DNA of 64,000 bases from the human T2T-CHM13v2.0 reference genome, Homo sapiens. The translations under genes were made by a program, and so were the position numbers. The DNA lies in NCBI RefSeq assembly GCF_009914755.1, contig NC_060932.1. The stretch is one strand, 5' to 3'. Of the stretch, positions 52,301 to 64,000 are shown one piece after another. Below the pieces are notes generated by a model, which did not search any database, was not told where the DNA came from, and worked only from the letters and a program-made list of their open reading frames with translations. Each line of letters begins with the position of its first letter. The stretch's first letter is position 1.

Positions 52301-53898
52301 TCAGCAGATCTCTGCTTTGGGGCCAGGAAGGGTGGAGCTCTGAAAATCTTTGGAGGTTACTCTGCTGAAGCCTGTGGGGTTTCAGACTGAGGTGAAGGTC
52401 ATTTTAATTTTGTAAGAGAATGAAGGCACGGAGAGTTTTTCATACAGCACTTGCTATATGCCACGCGTTGTTCTGGGTGGTTTAGGTAAACTAAATCACT
52501 GAGCATCACAATAACCGTAAGAGGTAGGTATTGTTATCCCCAGTTGAAAGATGAGAGCACTGAAGCACAGAGGGCTGCAAGTAATTTGCGCAGGGCCACG
52601 TAGCTTGTGAATGAAGGAGTGGGGATTTACAGTCAGGGTCTGGCCCCGGAATCCACGCAGTGCACCCCTGTCCTAGGCCACCTCTGCAGCTGAAGTACCG
52701 CCCTTGCCTTAGTCCTCATACCTACTCTTTCCTGAGTAATGGCTTCTTCCCCAGCTTCTAGTCCTTGTACAGGAAACCTCAGTGCTGTCTAAACCTACTC
52801 CTCCCCCTTCTGCTGGTCACTAAACCAATGCCACCAAGAGCTTAACATTTGTTCGGCCCTGATTGCATGTCAGGCTCAGTGGCAGGTGCTTCCATCGATG
52901 TCCAGGAGGTACCTTCTTTTATTATCGTTATCCTCATTTTACTAATAAAAAGACTGAGCCACAGAGAGGCTGTTCTGTGCCCCCAAATCACACATCTAGC
53001 AAGTGGTGGTGCTGAAACTGGAACCTCTTCGTGATTCTGAAGTTCATGCATCTTAACTACTGCACTATTTTTCTGTCCTGCCTCTCTTCTAAATCCCGTT
53101 AGTTCTCCTCCCTAATGTCCAGTCATTGTTTTATTCATTCATTCAATAAATGTTTATTAGGCACTTGGAGTATGTGGCATACTTCTGGGCACTGGGGATA
53201 TAGCAGTGAACAAAATCGACAAATTCCCTCATGGATCCCTTGGTTCTTTCATTTTGAGAGAAAAGCAGATAAGGCCCGGTGCGATGGCTCACGCCTGTAA
53301 TTCCAGCACTTTGGGAGGCCGAGGTGGGCGGATCTCTTGAGGCCAGGAGTCTGAGACCAGCCTGGCCGACATGCAGAAACCCTGCCTCTACTAAAAATAC
53401 AAAAATTAGCCAGGTGTGGTGGCGTGCACCTGTAATCCCAGCTACTCGGGAAGCTGAGGCAGGAAAATCGCTTGAACCTGGGAGGTGGAGGTTCCAGTGA
53501 GCTGATGCCACTGCCCCTTCCTGCCTGGGCAACAGAGCAAGACTCCATCTCAAAAAAAAAAAAAAAAATAAAAAGCCAAAAAAACAAGTAAACCATGTTT
53601 GGGTGATGTTAAATACTATGAGAAAAATAAGATAAAGGATGGTGACTTATCTTCTATTAGGATATTTTGAGAAGACATTGTTGATAAGGTGATATTTGAA
53701 AAGAGATCTGAAAAAAGAGGGTGGGAGCTTTGCAACTATTGGAGGATGGTTGTTTAAGCAGGGAGAACAGCAGGTACAAAGGCTCTGAGAAGGAATGGTG
53801 CTGTGAGTGTGATAGGAACAGTGAGGAGGCTGGTACAACTGGAGTATTGGAGTTAGAGCAGTCTCGTAGAAGAATGGTAAGAGATGACCACTCTACCA

Positions 53899-54121
53899 CA
53901 GAGTTTCTCCATCTTGGCTTGAGTGACATTTTGAGCATGATAGTTCTTTGCTATGGAGGCTGTCCTGTGTATTGCAGGACGTGTAGCAGCATCCCTGGCT
54001 TCTACCCACTAGATACTGTTAGCACCCTAGCCCTAGTTATGACAACCAAAAATGTCTCCAGACATTGCTAAGTGTCCTGTAGGGGTTGGGGGGCAAAATC
54101 GCCTCTTGCTGAGAACCAGTG
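53899..54121 (+). mobile_element. MER20 (hAT-Charlie MITE) in NTAQ1 intron 1
   Basis: CAGAGTTTCTC...GACAACCAAAAATGTCTCCAGACATTGC...GAGAACCAGTG; near-perfect 8-bp TSD CTCTACCA/CTCTACCC. Confidence 0.85.
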
Positions 54122-54248
54122 CTCTACCCTGTCTGAACACATCAGGTGGGGACACCACACTACTTTGGCTCCTGCAGCTTTGTGGGTTTTTTTTTTTTTT
54201 TTTTTTGAGACAGAGTCTCAGTCTGTTGCCCAGGCCGGAGTGCAATGA

Positions 54249-54407
<159 letters not shown>

Positions 54408-54823
54408 TGAACTCCTGACCTCAGGTGATCCACCTGCCTCAGCCTCCCAAAATTCTGGGATTACAGGTGTGAGTCACCGTGCCCGGCCATCCTGCAGGTT
54501 TTTTAACTTGAAATGAATGCCTCCTGTCTACTTCTGTTAGCTTCCGTCATGTTAGCTTCCAGATGTTACTTACGCTTCAAGACCCTGCTTAATGATAATA
54601 GTGGCAGCCAGTATTTGTTTGGGACTGTGTCGTCAGCAGAGCATTTCTGATTCTGACTTAATTGTTTTGTGTTTTTCAAACAATTGTGGAGTGCCTGCTT
54701 TGTGCCAGGGGTCCTCCCCATCTGCATGCATCTCTGACCTCAGCTCATCACTGGGAACCCCTGGAGCGTCCCAACCTTTCTGCTGCCAAGATGATCAGCT
54801 GACAGCTTGGGGCAAATCCACAG

Positions 54824-54945
54824 CCCTCCCTCCCTCCCTCTCTCCCTCCCTCCCTCCCTTCCTTCCTTCCTTTCTTCCCTCCCTCCCTCCCTCCCTCCCT
54901 CCTTCCTTCATTCCTTTCTTCCCTCCCTCCCTCTCTCCCTTTTTT
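54824..54945 (+). repeat. (CCCT/CCTT)n polypyrimidine microsatellite
   Basis: Directly visible. Confidence 0.9.
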
Positions 54946-55019
54946 GAGTCCCTTATGCTTTTGTTTAGAGTTTAAAGAACATTTCAGATATTATCCAATC
55001 ACATATTTTGTTTGAGTTT

Positions 55020-58300
<3,281 letters not shown>

Positions 58301-58317
58301 TCCACAACTCACTTGCT

Positions 58318-58587
58318 CTTCCTTCCTTTCCCTCCCTCCCTTCCTTCCTTCCCTCTCTCCCTCCTTCCCTCCCTCCTTCCCTCCTTTCTTTCTGTCTCTC
58401 TCTTTCCTTCCTTCTCTTCTTTTGTTTTCTCTTCTCTTCTCTTTTTTCTTTCTTTGTCTTTCTTTTCCTTCCTTTCCCTCCTTTCCTTCCTTTCCCTCCT
58501 TTTCCTCCCTTTCCCTCCTTTTCCTTCCTTTCCCTCCTTTTCCTTCTCTTCTGTTTCTCTTTTTCTTTCTTTCTTTCTTTTTCTTTC
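58318..58587 (+). repeat. About 270-bp CT-rich polypyrimidine tract
   Basis: Directly visible; it forms the expanded tail of the adjacent minus-strand Alu monomer. Confidence 0.9.
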
Positions 58588-59225
58588 CGGAGGGTCTTGC
58601 TACATTGCCTAGGCTGGTTTCAAACTCCTGAGCTCAAGTTATCCTCCCACCTCAGCCGAGGCATTGGGATTACAGTTGTGAGCTACTGCACCCCACCTAT
58701 AGGTATTTTTGTTTCAGCTGTGACTCCTTGTATTTCCAAGTATAAGATCATCTCCCCCTTTTTTTTAACATTGAAACTTTCATGGGATTCTCCTACATGA
58801 TATTCGTTATGCTCTTGAAAAACAATTGCTGACTAAAAGGGACTAAAAAGTCAGTGACTTTTACGAAGTTTACATTTTTTTCTGTGTAACATTTACATAT
58901 ATTTCAAAAATAACAGTGTATGTTCAAGCCACATTATGTATTCAGCTTACCAGTAGTGCTTGTGGTATCTGTGGATTCATGAACTCTTTGTAGTTTTTAT
59001 TATTATTATTATTATTATTTTTAATTTTTAGATGGAGTCTTGCTCTGTCACCCAGGCTGGAGGAGCAGTCGTGCAATCTTGGCTTATTACAACCTCTGCC
59101 TCTCGGGTTCAAGTGAGTCTTGTGCCTCAGCCTCCTGAGTAACTGGGATTATAGGCGCATGCTCCTACGCCCGGCTGATTTTGTGTTTTTATTTTTATGC
59201 GTTTTTTTTTTTTTTTTTGAGATGA

Positions 59226-59360
<135 letters not shown>

Positions 59361-60149
59361 TAGCTAATTTTTGTATTTTTTTTTTTTAAGACGAAGTCTC
59401 GCACTGTTGCCTGGGCTGGAGTGCAGTAGCGCGATCTCAGCTTGCTGCAACCGCCGCCTCCCAGGTTCAAGCAATTCTCCTGCCTCAGCCTCCTGAGTAG
59501 CTGGGATTACAGGTGCCTGCCACCACACCCATCTAATTTTTTGTATTTTTAGTAGAGACGGGGTTTCACTATGTTGGCCAGGCTGGTCTTGAACGCCTGA
59601 CCTCATGATCCACCCGCTTCGGCCTCCCAGAGTGCTGGGATTACAGGCGTGAGCTGCTGCGCCTGGCCATTAATTTTTGTATTTTTAATAGGGTTTTGTC
59701 ATGTTGGCCAGGCTGGTCTTGAACTCCCAACCTCAGGCGATCCGCCTGCCTTGGCCTCCCAAAGTGCCTGGATTACAGGCATGAACCACCTCGCCTGGCC
59801 CCTTTGTATTAACTCTAAGCCCACCCTTAGAGGGGAATGAACAAAGAGAAACTACAACCTATACCTCTTCCCATATCCCTCCGAATTAATGACACCCTCT
59901 TCCTTTCTGCATGCATCTTTTATGGCCTTCTATGATGCTTGCCAGTTATGGATTTGTATGTCTCTGCTCATGGTCTGTAAGCTCTAATTTATCATCATAT
60001 CCTCCAAGCACTTAGCACAGTATTTTGTACATTATAAGCTCTTGAAGGTATTTGCGGTAAACTCCCGAAAAACTTGTATAAGCCAGAGAGATAATTGTCT
60101 TCTTCAAACCTGGCCTTAGAACATTTAGATTAAGGAAATTTTATCGTGA

Positions 60150-60494
<345 letters not shown>

Positions 60495-60896
60495 TAAATT
60501 TTTATTACTCTATAGTACATATCATATGAAGTAGTCAGTAGCAGTAGCAATCTTCCCACCCCCCCACTTTTTTTTTTTTTTAACCACAACCGTCACTTTT
60601 CCCTTGTAGTTTCCTAGTTATTTTAGAGAAAAGGAAAACCATGGGAGAAAAACATATCCAACTTCCGTATTTTAAGCCTAGTTTTATAGAGCATTTGAGA
60701 CAGGCAAGGCAAAGATTGATGAACTGAAAGAGTGTCTACTTCTGTAAGATGGTGACCATCCTCAGGGCTGTTCATGCCTTGCTTCATTTTTAGGTAGCAT
60801 GGCGTGGATGAAATTAGGCTTTGGGCCGGGTGTGGTGGCTCACACCTGTAATCCCAGTATTTTGGGAGGCCGAGGCAGGTGGATCACCTGAGGTCA

Positions 60897-61142
<246 letters not shown>

Positions 61143-63021
61143 CTAGGCTTTGACAGACTGAGCCACATTCTGTGAACAGAGTGTTAGTGTACCTCATTTT
61201 GAGCAAAGGTGCGTGTATCTTACTAGAAAAAGATAGGAACCCAACAGCTGAGCTGTGAGTACTGCCCGAAGTGACTGGTTTCCTGTGCATGGAGGTGCAG
61301 CTCAGTTACTGCTCTGTTTGATGTACTACTGGGCATCACTTTACTTAGGTGGGTTCTGACTACTGCTTCAGATAGCCAAAGACCTGTCACGTAGAAGAGA
61401 GATTCATCTGGGGCAAAGGTATGGGAAGATTGATTTCAGTTCAGTATGAGAAAGAACTTTCTAAAAATCATGCCTCTTGAGAAGGCCAGGTACAGTGGCT
61501 CATACCTGTAATCCCAGTACTTAGGAAGATTGAGGTGGGAAGATTGCTTGAGCTCAGCAGTTCAAGACCAGCCTGGGCAACATGGCAAGACCTTGTCTCC
61601 ACACACACAAAAATAATTTTTAAAATTAGTTGGGTGTGGTGATGTGCATCTGTGGTCCCAGCTACTCAGGAGGCTGAGGCTGGGAGTTTGAGGCTGCAGT
61701 GAGCTGTGGTTGAGCCACTGCACTTCATTCAGCCTGGGCTATGGAGTGAGACCCTGTCTCTAAAAATAAGCATAGGCTGGGCACGGTGGCTCACTCTGTA
61801 ATCCCAGCACTTTGGGAGGCTGAGGTAGGTGGATCACTTGAGGTCAAGAGTTTGAGACCAGCCTGGCCAACATGGTGAAACGCCATCTCTACTAAAAATA
61901 CAAAAGTTAGCTGGGTGTGGTGCTGCACGCCTGTAATCCCAGCTACTCAGGAGGCTGAGGCATGACAATCACTTGAACCTGAGAAGTGGAGGTTGCAGTG
62001 AGCCGAGATCACACCACTGCACTCCATCCTGGGCAGTGAAGTAAGACTCTGTCTCCAAAAATAAATAAATAAAAAAAATAAAATTATGTCCCTTTCTTAC
62101 TAGAGGGGCATGGGGAATCCCACTCACAGGGATTCCCCCAAATGAGTTCCCGGACATATCACATAATTGCTCCTGATTCTTTCCAGCCAGGAGGCTTTCA
62201 ACCCAAAACACCCATCCTGCCCCATTTCTAAAGAGAGCAGGGAACCAGTGTTAACTAAGATTTTTGTGTGTTTACAGTATATGATTATGCCCATTTTACA
62301 CATGAGAAAAGCAGATTCTTGGAGAAGTCAAGATGGTCAAAGCTTTTTTTTTTTTTTTTTTTTTTTTGAGTTGGAGTCTTGCTCTGTTGTCCAGGCTAGA
62401 GTGCAGTGGTGTGATCTTTGGCTCACTGCAACTTCTGTCTCTCAGGTTCGAGCAATTCTCCTGCCTCAGCCTCCCAAGTAGCCGGGATTACAGGCACCCG
62501 CCACCATGCCTGGCTAATTTTAGTATTTTTAGTAGAGACGGGGTTTCACCATATTGGTCAGGCTGGTCTCTCGGCCAGGCTGGTCTCGAACTCCTGACCT
62601 CGTGATCCGCCCGCCTCGGCCTCCCAAAGTGCTGGGATTACTGGCCTGAGCCACCACGCCTGGCCTTTGTCAAAGTTTCTTACCTTGTAAGTGGCTGAGT
62701 TAGAATTTCAGCTGTATTACAAGTTGCTGGGCCCAAAACTCATAGAATATTGACATATTTTATCAGTTATAAAATGCCTCCATGTACAAGCACTGCTAGG
62801 GGAGGTAATTAGCTCTGTGTGGAGAGGGGTTTACACACAGTATAGGTTGAATACCAGCTTGTTGGGATGTTTTAGAGGAGATTCAGACATTAGCCAGTTG
62901 TTGGATGACATGGGGTTTAAGGTCTTTTCCAACTTTTTGATGTCATCATCAGTATTTTGTTCAAATTTAAAAGACACATAGAATGTTCTCTAATCTTGAT
63001 TAAACAATTATTTTATTTCAG

Positions 63022-63121
63022 TGAAGAAAATGTTTGGAAGCTCTGTGAATACATCAAAAACCATGACCAGTATCCTTTAGAAGAATGTTATGCTGTCTTC
63101 ATATCTAATGAGAGGAAGATG
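63022..63121 (+). CDS. NTAQ1: NTAQ1 coding exon 2 ([34 protein letters not shown]); the gene continues right of the window
   Basis: Acceptor TTTCAG|T, donor ATG|GTAAGT; 100 nt; 83+100 nt = 61 codons. Confidence 0.95.
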
Positions 63122-63360
63122 GTAAGTTGGTGAGTGATTGCAGAAAGAAAACAAGAGATTTAGGATGACATTAGAAGCTAAATTAAAAAAAAAAAGAAGC
63201 TAAATATAGCATGGGTGTAGTACTCTTCTGAAGTGTGCTTTATTAAATACAGCAACATTTAAAAGCTTGCTTTTGAATGAGATTTTTTTCCTTACAAGGC
63301 ACGATTGAGTTAGAAGAGTTGAGTCCCTTCTGTCGCCCAGGCTGGAGTGCAGTGGCGTGA

Positions 63361-63610
<250 letters not shown>

Positions 63611-63753
63611 TAGGTAAGGAAATATGTGATGGTCTACGCAGATAAAGTCCCTTTTCTTTAGGTATCAATGTAGACCTGTTTTTTTTTTGTTTGTTTGTTT
63701 GTTTTTTCTTTTATTTTTTGGTACGGAGTCTCACTCTGTTGCCCAGGCTATAG

Positions 63754-63939
<186 letters not shown>

Positions 63940-64000
63940 TGACCTGTCTGCCTTGGCCTCCCAATGTGGTGGGATTACCAGCATGAGCCACTGTGCCTGG

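Noticed and set aside
51300-52368. Pro/Gly/Ala-rich ORFs of 130-230 aa at the NTAQ1 island
   Set aside because: CpG-island artefacts; the true frame starts at ATG 51954 and is spliced.

Overview
Human (primate) genomic DNA, recognisable from protein sequence as the ATAD2 / NTAQ1 (WDYHV1) head-to-head locus. The minus strand carries ATAD2 coding exons 1-8 (31465 down to 4141; 1049 nt of CDS, all GT-AG, phases consistent). The plus strand carries NTAQ1 coding exons 1-2 (51954-52036, 63022-63121). Each gene has a CpG-island promoter. Between them lie an IMPDH1 processed pseudogene, a compact HERV-W/LTR17 processed pseudogene, and ERV1 and MaLR solo LTRs, in a very Alu-dense background; most ORFs in the supplied track are Alu or L1 artefacts. 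I do not see a demonstrably new gene system. The most unusual signals are retrotransposition fossils defined by target-site duplications (TSDs): (i) an Alu-monomer + IMPDH1 cDNA chimera inside one TSD, (ii) an L1-copied, fully spliced HERV-W RNA joining the leader directly to the env cytoplasmic tail, (iii) tailless, poly(A)-only, U6-fragment and 22-nt micro-insertions. Also notable: a local inverted duplication upstream of ATAD2, a frame-closed exon 3-8 block flanked by inverted Alus (candidate stop-free circRNA), a 20-bp-period GC-box array in the NTAQ1 promoter and an inverted NF-kB site pair. Repeat subfamily names come from recalled consensus sequences, and repeat boundaries are approximate unless a TSD is quoted.
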